The translations under genes and the position numbers were made by a program. 64,000 nt of DNA from a virus. The notes beneath the pieces are model-generated. The model worked only from the letters and a program-made list of their open reading frames with translations, had not been told where the DNA came from and did no database searches. The stretch lies in the IMG/VR virus record IMGVR_UViG_3300030328_002321, positions 21,959-85,958 of that record, one strand, 5' to 3'. Shown here in pieces: positions 55,346 through 64,000 of this stretch; the stretch's first letter is position 1, and each line of letters begins with the position of its first letter.

Positions 55346-57884
55346 TACACATTTCTTTTAATTCATCAATTTGTTTTTGTTGGTCTTTAATAGCTTCTAT
55401 TAAATAGCCTACTAAGTTACCATAAGCAACTCCTTTATAGTTACCATCATCTATAACTAACTCTGGAGCAACTTTTTCTATCTCTTGTGCTATAACACCA
55501 GAACTAGCTTTACCTGTATCTATACGGTCAAAACTAACACCTCGCATTTCTAAAACTTTTTTACCATCTAAAGTTTTAACATTTTCTTTTAGTTTTTCAT
55601 CAGAATAAGCTATTACATCTGCAGAACCTGTTATTGTACCTGCAGCAGTTAAAAGACCTTGTACAGCTGTAACTGATGCTGCACCTCTTCCTATCTCTAC
55701 ATCAACCTCATTATCAACGCTACCACCAGTTAATTTAAGACCAGTATTTTGACCACCATCATGACTAGCTACAACAAAGTTCATTTGCCCAGATTCTTGA
55801 CCAGAGGTTGCATCATGTATTTCTGTTAGTATTTTACCGTATATCTGTTCGCTTGGTGTACCATCGTCATAACCCCAAAATTCTATTTCACCAATATTAT
55901 CTCCATCTACCGCATCTACGCCTCTATGTTTTTTAAATGTAAGTCTCGCTCCTTGAGCATCGTTTGTAGTGTTTTGAATAATTACATTTGGATCATCAGC
56001 ATTAGCAGAGGAAAAAGTAACAGTATCTCCATTTACTGTTAAGTCACCAGTTATAGTTTTATTACCAGATGTTAAAGCTGTAGCAGTTGCAGCATTACCA
56101 GTAGTATTCTGATTACCTTCAGCATTTACACCTGGAAGAGTAATATTACCAGTTCCATCAAAACTTACACCACCAATAGTTCTAGCTGTTGCTAATGCAG
56201 TAGCAGTAGCAGCCTTTCCAGAATAACCAGCAGATGTTATTGTTCCTAATGAAGAACCAGCATCTGCAAACGTAATTGTACCACCATCAGCGTTAAGTTC
56301 TATATTACCATCTACATCTAAAGTAAAATGAGCGGCAGCAGCGGCCGCATCAACAGTTGTAAGAGTAGTTGCACCGTGTGTAGTTACGCTTATATCACAG
56401 TAATCACTAGAAGAATCACCACCGTCTTCAAATAGTCTAAAACCAGTACTACCACCACTTTCAGCATAAAAATGAGCATAAGTAGCAGTACCATTTTTAA
56501 AAGAAGTATATTCTCCGTCCTCCATTTCAATATTAACACCAGCCGCAGCATCTAATGTAATATTACCATCAGCGGCTACTTCAAAGTGACCAAGGGCCCC
56601 ACCACCATCAGTTGTAGTAAGAGTTGTTGCTCCATTTGCACCAGTAACTATAGTAAACGTATCACTAGTATCACCTGTTATTGTCAGTGTTTTAGCATTA
56701 AGATTAATATCATCAACTGTTAAAGCAGTAAGAGTTCCTAATGATGTTATATTTGTTTGTGCTGCAGTAGCTAACGTTCCTGTAATGTTATTAGCAAATG
56801 TCCAAGTCTCATCGTCTAAAGCATTTTTTAAAGCTGTCATAGTAGTAACACCAGTACCACCATTACCAACTGCTAAAGTACCTGTAACACCAGGAGTACA
56901 ATTAGCAGCTCCAGTAAAACCAGCTGTACTTGTACTTGCTAGATTTGTTCGGAAAGTTCTTGATGTAGCTAATGCAGTTGCTGTACTAGCATTACCTGCA
57001 AAAGTATCACATGTTAAAGTAGCAGTACTTGGATTATAAAGAAGATCACCGTCAGTCTCTAGACCTAAATTACCACCATCTGTATCACCACCTGCAACAA
57101 ATACAAGTGGATTAGTTTCATTAGTACTTTCGTTATCTGTAATTGTAACTGTAGTTGCTACAGAAGCTGTACCTACAAGATCTCCAGTAAATCTAGTTGA
57201 TGTTAGATTACCATTTGAAGGATTATAAGTAAGACCCGTATCAGTTTCAATACCTTGAGTTCCTGTAGCACCATCAACAAACGTTGGGTATACAGTTTCG
57301 TTTGTGCTATTATTAGCCGATGCAGTAACGTTAGTTGCCTCAGTTGCAGTAGCAGCGTTACCAGTGCAAGAGCCTGATGATCCGGAAGCGTTTCCTGTTA
57401 CATCTCCTGTTATATCTCCTACAAAAGTAGCAGCTAGATTACCACCAGCAACAGTTAAAGTATTACTACTATGTGTTAAGGTAACATCACCATTATTAAA
57501 GTTAACAACACTGCCTGATGCTAAAAAAAGATCAGACCACATTTTACTTGTAGATCCAAGAGCAACACCATCACTAGTTCCGGGTATAGCAGGAACATTA
57601 AACTCACATTTAGAGCTGTCCATAGTTATCCTAGTGCTACCAGCTGTTCTTAAAGATAAATCAGAATTACCACCAACAATTAAGTGATTACCACTTGTAG
57701 CACCTTCAATAACAGAGTTAGTGTGGCCAAAAGTTATTGTGTAGTCTGCTTTCATTACTAGACTATCAGCTCCATTTACCCTATATGTTATTTGATTATC
57801 TGTAGTAAAATCTAAAAGATTATCTGCGTCTCTACCAAACTTAATAGTACCAAGAAGATTACTTAAATACTTTATTGTACTCAT
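55329..57884 (-). CDS. Tail fibre with C-terminal peptidase S74 chaperone
   Basis: Gly/Thr/Ala-rich repeats; YSDEKLKENV...GVIAQEIEKVAPELV...LIEAIKD is the intramolecular chaperone signature. Confidence 0.9.
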   Translation of the reverse strand: MSTIKYLSNLLGTIKFGRDADNLLDFTTDNQITYRVNGADSLVMKADYTITFGHTNSVIEGATSGNHLIVGGNSDLSLRTAGSTRITMDSSKCEFNVPAIPGTSDGVALGSTSKMWSDLFLASGSVVNFNNGDVTLTHSSNTLTVAGGNLAATFVGDITGDVTGNASGSSGSCTGNAATATEATNVTASANNSTNETVYPTFVDGATGTQGIETDTGLTYNPSNGNLTSTRFTGDLVGTASVATTVTITDNESTNETNPLVFVAGGDTDGGNLGLETDGDLLYNPSTATLTCDTFAGNASTATALATSRTFRTNLASTSTAGFTGAANCTPGVTGTLAVGNGGTGVTTMTALKNALDDETWTFANNITGTLATAAQTNITSLGTLTALTVDDINLNAKTLTITGDTSDTFTIVTGANGATTLTTTDGGGALGHFEVAADGNITLDAAAGVNIEMEDGEYTSFKNGTATYAHFYAESGGSTGFRLFEDGGDSSSDYCDISVTTHGATTLTTVDAAAAAAHFTLDVDGNIELNADGGTITFADAGSSLGTITSAGYSGKAATATALATARTIGGVSFDGTGNITLPGVNAEGNQNTTGNAATATALTSGNKTITGDLTVNGDTVTFSSANADDPNVIIQNTTNDAQGARLTFKKHRGVDAVDGDNIGEIEFWGYDDGTPSEQIYGKILTEIHDATSGQESGQMNFVVASHDGGQNTGLKLTGGSVDNEVDVEIGRGAASVTAVQGLLTAAGTITGSADVIAYSDEKLKENVKTLDGKKVLEMRGVSFDRIDTGKASSGVIAQEIEKVAPELVIDDGNYKGVAYGNLVGYLIEAIKDQQKQIDELKEMCNGCSK

Positions 57885-57898
57885 TTAATTTTTTTTAA

Positions 57899-58201
57899 TT
57901 ACACATCGGTCATTGAATCGTAGTCAGACAAAGTCTTCATATTATTATAAGATTGTCTTACAAGGTTTTGCCCCGCAGTGTTCGCAACTGAGGGGGTAAA
58001 TATAAATTCTTTTTGATCATAATTATTATTAGGATCTGCATTATAAACAGCCTCATCTTTGTAGAATTTTACTAAGTATTGAGCTGATAAAGTTTTTACT
58101 CCCTCTGCACTATAATCAGCATAGTGAATTGCCCTTACAATAACAGCATGTGCTTCACCAATTGTTATTCCTTTATGTGTTAATTCTCCTTTTAAAGCCA
58201 T
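57899..58201 (-). CDS. Hypothetical fibre-associated protein
   Basis: 100-aa ORF between the two fibre genes. Confidence 0.65.
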   Translation of the reverse strand: MALKGELTHKGITIGEAHAVIVRAIHYADYSAEGVKTLSAQYLVKFYKDEAVYNADPNNNYDQKEFIFTPSVANTAGQNLVRQSYNNMKTLSDYDSMTDV

Positions 58202-58226
58202 TTTAATTTTTATTTAGTTAAACTTA

Positions 58227-60800
58227 TTAGTCTACTTTAGTTATTAATACTGTTATGTCACCAGATGCTGCAGCCGCGTTAGTATCGATTGTAACAGTAT
58301 TTGCATCTGTTCTAACTACTTGTGCATAAACAGTTTCATAAGAACTTGAATCATATAATTGTACAATAACATCTCTTGTTCCTAAACTGTGTGTAACAGC
58401 TATGTCTAAATCACTACCATCACCGATTGTAGTTTTATAACTTCTAGCAGCTAAGTTACCTGGAGTAAGAACTACTGTGTCACTTGATCCAGCTAATGCT
58501 TCAGCATCAGAAGCGTAAGCAACTCCTAAATTTGTTCTTGCATCAGCAGCGCTTGAAGCTCCCGTACCACCATGAGCTACTGCAACATCAGTTGCTGCCC
58601 AAGTACCAGTTGTAATTGTACCTGTTGTAACAAGTGAAGTATTACCTGCTGTAGGTCCAACTCCTATACTTGTTCTTAACGTTGCACCACTTTCTGCTAC
58701 AGGATCTGTAGTTCCATCTCCAACAATCATTTCACCATCTGCTAAAACAGCCATTGCTGTTACAGCCCCAGTTCCAGATCCTAATAGTATACCACCATCT
58801 GTTAGAGATGTTGCGCCTGTACCACCTTTAGCTACAGTTACTGTATCAGATAAGGTAGATCCTGCAGCTGTTACCGTAATATTTCCGGTTCCATCAAAAC
58901 TAACTCCATTTATATTTCTGGCAGTAGCCAAAGCTGTAGCCGTAGCTGCATTTCCAGAAGTATCTTGACTACCTGAAGTGTTTACACCTGGTAAATTAAT
59001 ATTCCCTGTACCATCAAATGATACGCCTCCAATATTTCTTGCAGTTGCCAAGGCTGTTGCTGTATCTGCATTACCAGTTAAATCACCAGTTACATCTCCT
59101 GTAAGAGTTCCTAATCTAAGATTACCATAAGTAAATCCTGATGATGTATCTACTGTAGTTGTTGGAGCTGCATGACTATTACCAGATGTTGCAAATAATT
59201 TCCAAGTATTAGAATCACTAGCATCTCTAAAGAGTCCAGTGTATTTAGCTCCAGATGATGTATATTTTGCATAGAAACCAACATCCACAGAATCAGCACC
59301 ATTTCCACTAGCTAATACAATTAAAGGATCTTCTACACTTAATGTAGCAGTATTAACTGTAGTTGTATCTCCTGATACAATTAAATCTCCAGTTACTGTT
59401 AAGTCATTACCTATTGTTACTACATCATTACTATCACCAATAGTTACTGCATTAGATCCAAAACCACCAGCTAAAGCTGTTTTTAGATTTGCAACAGAAA
59501 CATCGTCGTTAGCAGTACCAGCTATTGAGATACCTCCATCTGAATTTGTTATTGTAATATTTGAGCCAGCTGTTAAAGTTGCAACTGCTGGACCTGAAGA
59601 GCCACCAATTAATAGTTGACCACTAGTTGTCATAGCTACTGCAGCTAAAGTATCTGTTCCACTGTCTTGTGTTATAATAACAGATTTGTCTGCAAAAGAA
59701 GTAGCTCCAGTACCACCTTTTGCAACTGTAACTGTATCACTTAAAGTAGAACCAGCGGCTGTAACTGTAATATTACCAGTACCATCGAAAGAAACTCCGT
59801 TTATGTTTCTACCGGTAGCTAGTGCCGTAGCGGTTGCTGCATTACCTGTACATGAACCTGAAGACCCAGAAGCATTACCTGTAACGTTACCTGTTAAATT
59901 ACCAGCAAAAGCCGTTGCTGTTATTTTTCCTGTTGAAGGGTTATAGTGTGCATTGCCATCTGTTTCTAATCCTAAGTTACCACCATCAACATCACCGCCT
60001 GCGACGAATACAATTGGATTATCTTCATCTGTAGATTCATTATCAGTAATTGTTACTGTTGTTGCCACTGTAGCTGTTGATGCAGTTCCTGTTACGTTAC
60101 CTGTTAAGTTACCTGTGAATGCTGTTGCTGCTAAAGTACCAGAAGACGGGTTGTAAGTTAAATCACCATCAGATTCTAATCCTAAATTACCTCCAGTTTT
60201 AGCACCTCCAGCAGTAAAAATTACCGCGTTAGTTTCATTTGTGCTTTCATTATCTGTAATAGTTACAGTTGTAGCAACAGTTGCAGTATCCGCATTACCT
60301 TCTAATGCTCCATCAAACTTAGTAGCTTCTATTTCCCCTGATGCTTTAAATACTACACCATCATTAGCGCTTACTCTAAAAGTTATTTCATTATCAGTAC
60401 CAAACTTAATTAAATTATCATTTCCTCTACCAATATTTAAACTAGTGTTTGTTATAGATGTAATACCAGTTTGTGCCGCTGTTACAGCTACGTCATTTGT
60501 ATTGACTGTTATACCAGTACCAGCCCCAACAGTTACAGTTGCGGATCCAGAAGTTGCACCGCCTGTTAAACCATTACCTGCAACTACAGCAGTAATGTCA
60601 CCGGATGCTGATGAGAAAGTAACCCAATCTGATCCATCATAAAACTTTACTACATTACTTGAACTGTTATAGTATAATTGTCCTTCAACACCTGTTGGAT
60701 CTGAACTTAAGTGTTGTAGCTTCATATTAAGAAGCTGATTATCGTTTAGATCTATGTTACCACTTACATCTAAATCTACTAAAAATTTTAATTCTGCCAT
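58227..60800 (-). CDS. Tail fibre protein
   Basis: 857 aa; repeated GNAATATALATAR.I.GVSFDGTGNI and GGTGAT modules; C-terminal VTHSLGTRDVIVQLYD. Confidence 0.88.
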   Translation of the reverse strand: MAELKFLVDLDVSGNIDLNDNQLLNMKLQHLSSDPTGVEGQLYYNSSSNVVKFYDGSDWVTFSSASGDITAVVAGNGLTGGATSGSATVTVGAGTGITVNTNDVAVTAAQTGITSITNTSLNIGRGNDNLIKFGTDNEITFRVSANDGVVFKASGEIEATKFDGALEGNADTATVATTVTITDNESTNETNAVIFTAGGAKTGGNLGLESDGDLTYNPSSGTLAATAFTGNLTGNVTGTASTATVATTVTITDNESTDEDNPIVFVAGGDVDGGNLGLETDGNAHYNPSTGKITATAFAGNLTGNVTGNASGSSGSCTGNAATATALATGRNINGVSFDGTGNITVTAAGSTLSDTVTVAKGGTGATSFADKSVIITQDSGTDTLAAVAMTTSGQLLIGGSSGPAVATLTAGSNITITNSDGGISIAGTANDDVSVANLKTALAGGFGSNAVTIGDSNDVVTIGNDLTVTGDLIVSGDTTTVNTATLSVEDPLIVLASGNGADSVDVGFYAKYTSSGAKYTGLFRDASDSNTWKLFATSGNSHAAPTTTVDTSSGFTYGNLRLGTLTGDVTGDLTGNADTATALATARNIGGVSFDGTGNINLPGVNTSGSQDTSGNAATATALATARNINGVSFDGTGNITVTAAGSTLSDTVTVAKGGTGATSLTDGGILLGSGTGAVTAMAVLADGEMIVGDGTTDPVAESGATLRTSIGVGPTAGNTSLVTTGTITTGTWAATDVAVAHGGTGASSAADARTNLGVAYASDAEALAGSSDTVVLTPGNLAARSYKTTIGDGSDLDIAVTHSLGTRDVIVQLYDSSSYETVYAQVVRTDANTVTIDTNAAAASGDITVLITKVD

Positions 60801-60827
60801 TGTTTTTTTATTTTATATTTTATATTT

Positions 60828-61073
60828 TTAATTAAAGAAAGCTTTTCCTGAGAAAGAACCTTCAAAGTCTAGTGTAACTTGGTTGTCACTGTTATATGTA
60901 ACTTGACCTATTACCACTTCATTAGCGGAGTTAATAACTGTCACAGAACATTTTTTATTTAAATTATGTGTTACAACCCATTGTGCAGCCGGTGAACCTT
61001 GTGTGTGCACATAATTTGCATCTGTAGTATAAATATTATTTGTTAGCTTCTGCTGTTTAATCCACTTTGCCAT
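60828..61073 (-). CDS. Small fibre-associated protein
   Basis: YVHTQGSPAAQWVVTHNLNK, similar to the C-terminal domain of the adjacent fibre. Confidence 0.7.
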   Translation of the reverse strand: MAKWIKQQKLTNNIYTTDANYVHTQGSPAAQWVVTHNLNKKCSVTVINSANEVVIGQVTYNSDNQVTLDFEGSFSGKAFFN

Positions 61074-61074
61074 C

Positions 61075-61536
61075 TTAATCTAAGTCTATATATTGTATTG
61101 TTACTCCTTCATTTTCTACTGCTTCTGCTATAGAAGGATAAATTCTTTTATAGGCATTGCCAGAGCTACCTATAAATCCATTTTTGTTTATTTGGTTATT
61201 TTCCTGACTATCACCCACAAGTAAACACCCTGCAGTATGCTCATCAGAATTGCCAACATGAATGAGAATGTACTCAAAACCAGGTACATCAATGATATGC
61301 AGCATACCCCTATGAATACTAGAATATTTCTTACCATATCTTTTATTGAATCCTCCTTCATTTCTTAATTTTATAGTATACGTTCCAGCTGGTATTCTAG
61401 TTTCTTTACTTTTTTTAGTTTCTCTGTACTCATCTTCTAAAGTATAAGCAAGAAACTTTATACCATCTGTTACATCTAATAATAGTCCATTAGTAGAATC
61501 AGACTCACTACTGAATCTTAATACTTGTAATTTCAT
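61075..61536 (-). CDS. DUF5675-family protein (putative endolysin)
   Basis: YTLED...TRIPAGTY...VPGFEYILIHVGNSDEHTAGCLLVG. Confidence 0.85.
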   Translation of the reverse strand: MKLQVLRFSSESDSTNGLLLDVTDGIKFLAYTLEDEYRETKKSKETRIPAGTYTIKLRNEGGFNKRYGKKYSSIHRGMLHIIDVPGFEYILIHVGNSDEHTAGCLLVGDSQENNQINKNGFIGSSGNAYKRIYPSIAEAVENEGVTIQYIDLD

Positions 61537-61538
61537 AT

Positions 61539-61901
61539 TTATGCTTTTTTCCAGTATGCGTACTCTACATTACAAGTAGCAGTATCTGCTCTAGCTTCTA
61601 AACCAGCTCCGTCATTTATAGCAAAGAAAGTAAATTCTCCTGGACCTACTCTAGCATATTGTACACTAGCTGTAGTTTGAAGAACAACGAAATTTGTTGC
61701 ATCTAAATTTTTAAAGTAAAAATAGAATACTCCACTTGTTCCTTCATCTACTAATTCTTGGTTGTCAGCTGTTGTTATTGCTGTTCTAGACAATCCTACA
61801 CTAGGCGTAGTTGTTGACGCAGTATTTGTAACAGTAAGATTTAAAGCATCGCTTGAAATATTACTACTAGATAATGTTAATTTTGCTGTTAATGTTGCCA
61901 T
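61539..61901 (-). CDS. Putative structural protein
   Basis: 120-aa beta-rich, Ser/Thr-rich ORF in the late region. Confidence 0.65.
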   Translation of the reverse strand: MATLTAKLTLSSSNISSDALNLTVTNTASTTTPSVGLSRTAITTADNQELVDEGTSGVFYFYFKNLDATNFVVLQTTASVQYARVGPGEFTFFAINDGAGLEARADTATCNVEYAYWKKA

Positions 61902-61910
61902 AATTTTTAT

Positions 61911-64000
61911 TTATTTATTTTTAATTATTATTTTTCTTTTTACGCTTCCATCATCATACATATAAAATAGAAGTCTATTGTTAATTTTATTTACAGGTCT
62001 ACCTAATAAATCTGTAATTCCAATTAAATTTTTATCTGTCCTTTTAGGTAAAGGTCCTGACCAATTATCATTACAATGATCATATGTTAATTGACATATG
62101 TTATCCCAACTATTATTACAACAATATTCATCTACATCGATAACCCATGCATAACAAACATCGTTTAACCAATAAGGGTTACCTGGACCTGTAATACATC
62201 CTGCATCATATAAGCAAGATAAAGAATCATCTACATTAGCGAACGCATCATAGTTATAAGCATTTGCATCCATGCATCCTTCAATCGCAGTAATACATGA
62301 GCCATTATCTGTGTTAGCTGTTGAATCATAATTAATAGCCAAAGAATCAGTGCACCCATAAATAAAAGGAATGCAGCTAAAATCTTCAGTATTAGCCATT
62401 GGATCATAGTTGATACTATTAGGATTAGTACAACCAAATATAAAAGGAATACAACTTCCGTTATCAACATTTGCTAAAGGATTATAGTTAAACATAGTAC
62501 TATCTGTACAACCATATATAGGTAATATACAGGAGAAATCATCCGTATTTGCAAGTGGATCATAATTAAGTGCTACCGGATTAGTGCATCCATATATATA
62601 AGGTACACATGTTCCATTATCTACGTTTGCTAACGGATCGTAATTAAACATTGTACTGTCTGTGCATCCGTAGATTGGCAATATACAACTAAAATCATCA
62701 GTATTTGCATTAGGATCATAATTTAATGCACTAGGATTTGTACATCCTAATATTACCGGTACACAACTACCATTGTCTACATTTGCTAATGGATCATAAT
62801 TAAAGGCTGTTGAATCCATACACCCATAAATTGGTATTATACAAGAAAAGTCATCTGTATTTGCATTTGGATTATAATTTAAAGCCACTGGATTAGTACA
62901 TCCTAAAACAACTGGGATACATGTTCCGTTGTCTAAATTTGCTAACGGATTATAGTTAAAAGCAGTAGAGTCCATACATCCATATATAGGAAGTATACAA
63001 CTAAAATCGTCTGTATTTGCCGTTGCATCAAAATTTAATGCTATAGGATTTGTACACCCATAAATAAAAGGGACACAAGATCCGTTATCTACATTTGCTA
63101 ATGGATTGTAATTATACATAAGAGAGTCAGTACATCCATAAAGTATTGTTATACATGATCCATCATCAGTATTAGCATTTGCATCGTAATTTAAAGAAGT
63201 TGGATTTGTACATCCATATATATAAGGTATACAAGAACCGTTATCTGTATTAGCTAATGGATCGTAATTAAATTGTGTTGAATCAGTACATCCATAAATA
63301 AATGGAATACAACTACCATTATCTGTATTAGCAAAAACATCATAATTCCACATAAAAGGATCTGTACACCCATATATAAATGGAATACAAGAACCATCGT
63401 CCGTATTTGCTAATGGGTCAAAATTCCACATTGTTAAATCTATACAACCTAAAACTACAGGTATACAAGACCCATCATCGGTATTAGCTAAACTGTCATA
63501 ATTAAATGCAATTGGACTTGTACATCCATAAACAAATGGTATACAGCTTCCATCATCTATATTAGCAGCGCTATTATAATTAAACATTGTATTATCCATA
63601 CATCCATATACTACAGGTACGCATGACGCTGAATCATTAACATTAGCTAATGGATTATAATTAAATGCTGTACTATCCATACATCCAACAATAGTAGTTA
63701 CACATCCACCATCATCAACTGTAGCTAATGAATCATAGTTAAATGCAAGTGGGTTCATACAACCTAATATAATAGGTATGCATGTCCCATCATCTACATT
63801 AGCAGAGTCAGCGTAATTTAATGCCGTTGAATCTGTACATCCATAAACTATTTCTATGCAATTATCACCACAATAAGGTGTTGCATCATATATCATATAT
63901 TCAGGTGCTTCAAAGTTTTGCAGTGCACCTTGTCCATTATTATAAAATGGATTTGTTCCTTCAGCCATTAAAGTATCACCATAATCATTCACGAGTGTAA
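61911..64000 (-). CDS. Cys-rich tandem-repeat protein with a T9SS-like C-terminal domain (5' part outside the window)
   Basis: Frame open to the window edge; 21 repeats of about 26 aa; ends ITDLLGRPV...LLFYMYDDGSVKRKIIIKNK. Confidence 0.85.
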   Translation of the reverse strand, partial: TLVNDYGDTLMAEGTNPFYNNGQGALQNFEAPEYMIYDATPYCGDNCIEIVYGCTDSTALNYADSANVDDGTCIPIILGCMNPLAFNYDSLATVDDGGCVTTIVGCMDSTAFNYNPLANVNDSASCVPVVYGCMDNTMFNYNSAANIDDGSCIPFVYGCTSPIAFNYDSLANTDDGSCIPVVLGCIDLTMWNFDPLANTDDGSCIPFIYGCTDPFMWNYDVFANTDNGSCIPFIYGCTDSTQFNYDPLANTDNGSCIPYIYGCTNPTSLNYDANANTDDGSCITILYGCTDSLMYNYNPLANVDNGSCVPFIYGCTNPIALNFDATANTDDFSCILPIYGCMDSTAFNYNPLANLDNGTCIPVVLGCTNPVALNYNPNANTDDFSCIIPIYGCMDSTAFNYDPLANVDNGSCVPVILGCTNPSALNYDPNANTDDFSCILPIYGCTDSTMFNYDPLANVDNGTCVPYIYGCTNPVALNYDPLANTDDFSCILPIYGCTDSTMFNYNPLANVDNGSCIPFIFGCTNPNSINYDPMANTEDFSCIPFIYGCTDSLAINYDSTANTDNGSCITAIEGCMDANAYNYDAFANVDDSLSCLYDAGCITGPGNPYWLNDVCYAWVIDVDEYCCNNSWDNICQLTYDHCNDNWSGPLPKRTDKNLIGITDLLGRPVNKINNRLLFYMYDDGSVKRKIIIKNK
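62208..63851 (-). repeat. Coding tandem repeat, 21 x about 78 bp (GC[TM]D...NY.P.AN.D.GSC)
   Basis: Counted by eye in the translation; alternating A/B units in the middle of the array. Confidence 0.9.

Noticed and set aside
54422-60800. Diversity-generating retroelement acting on fibre genes
   Set aside because: No reverse transcriptase in the window; the repeats differ at synonymous positions rather than only at adenines.
1417-62470. Many short antisense or nested ORFs in the track (e.g. 1417-1692, 8926-9171, 26107-26817, 31789-32217, 56785-60642, 62231-62470)
   Set aside because: They are shadow frames overlapping well-supported long genes, with no motifs of their own.
62208-63851. CRISPR-like regularly spaced repeats
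   Set aside because: They are degenerate in-frame 78-bp coding repeats, with no identical repeat/unique spacer structure and no cas genes.
1-64000. Stop-codon reassignment, as in some crAss-like phages
   Set aside because: Genes up to 2022 aa are intact in the standard code; TAG and TGA both end genes at tight junctions; no suppressor tRNA was seen.

Overview
The whole window is part of an AT-rich crAss-like (Crassvirales-type) phage genome, probably infecting a Bacteroidota/Flavobacteria host. It has three blocks. (1) 1-4.2 kb, minus strand: partial terminase large subunit, small conserved genes, an HU/IHF-like protein and a GroES co-chaperonin. (2) 4.8-24.8 kb, plus strand, early/replication genes: PolA, SF2 helicase, DnaB, Sak4-like ATPase, SSB-like protein, primase, metallophosphoesterase, PD-(D/E)XK nuclease, rIIA, spore-photoproduct-lyase-like radical SAM enzyme, rIIB, 5'-3' exonuclease and an Nmad1-like protein. 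(3) 24.9-64 kb, minus strand, virion genes: ejected cargo proteins including a 2022-aa virion RNA polymerase (DFDID motif), tail muzzle/ring proteins, holin, fibres, a DUF5675 lysin-like protein and a Cys-rich repeat protein with a T9SS-like C-terminus. The most interesting unexplained signals are these. A roughly 250-nt, heavily paired and probably pseudoknotted noncoding RNA with its own Bacteroidota promoter lies at 4.26-4.51 kb, preceded by a leaderless 23-aa hydrophobic peptide. A family of intergenic stem-loops punctuates the early operon. An AACCAATTAAAC motif recurs upstream of start codons, with one exact antisense copy. A phi-x-x-G-G motif is shared by virion-internal proteins. All calls come from reading the sequence by eye; no searches or folding programs were run.
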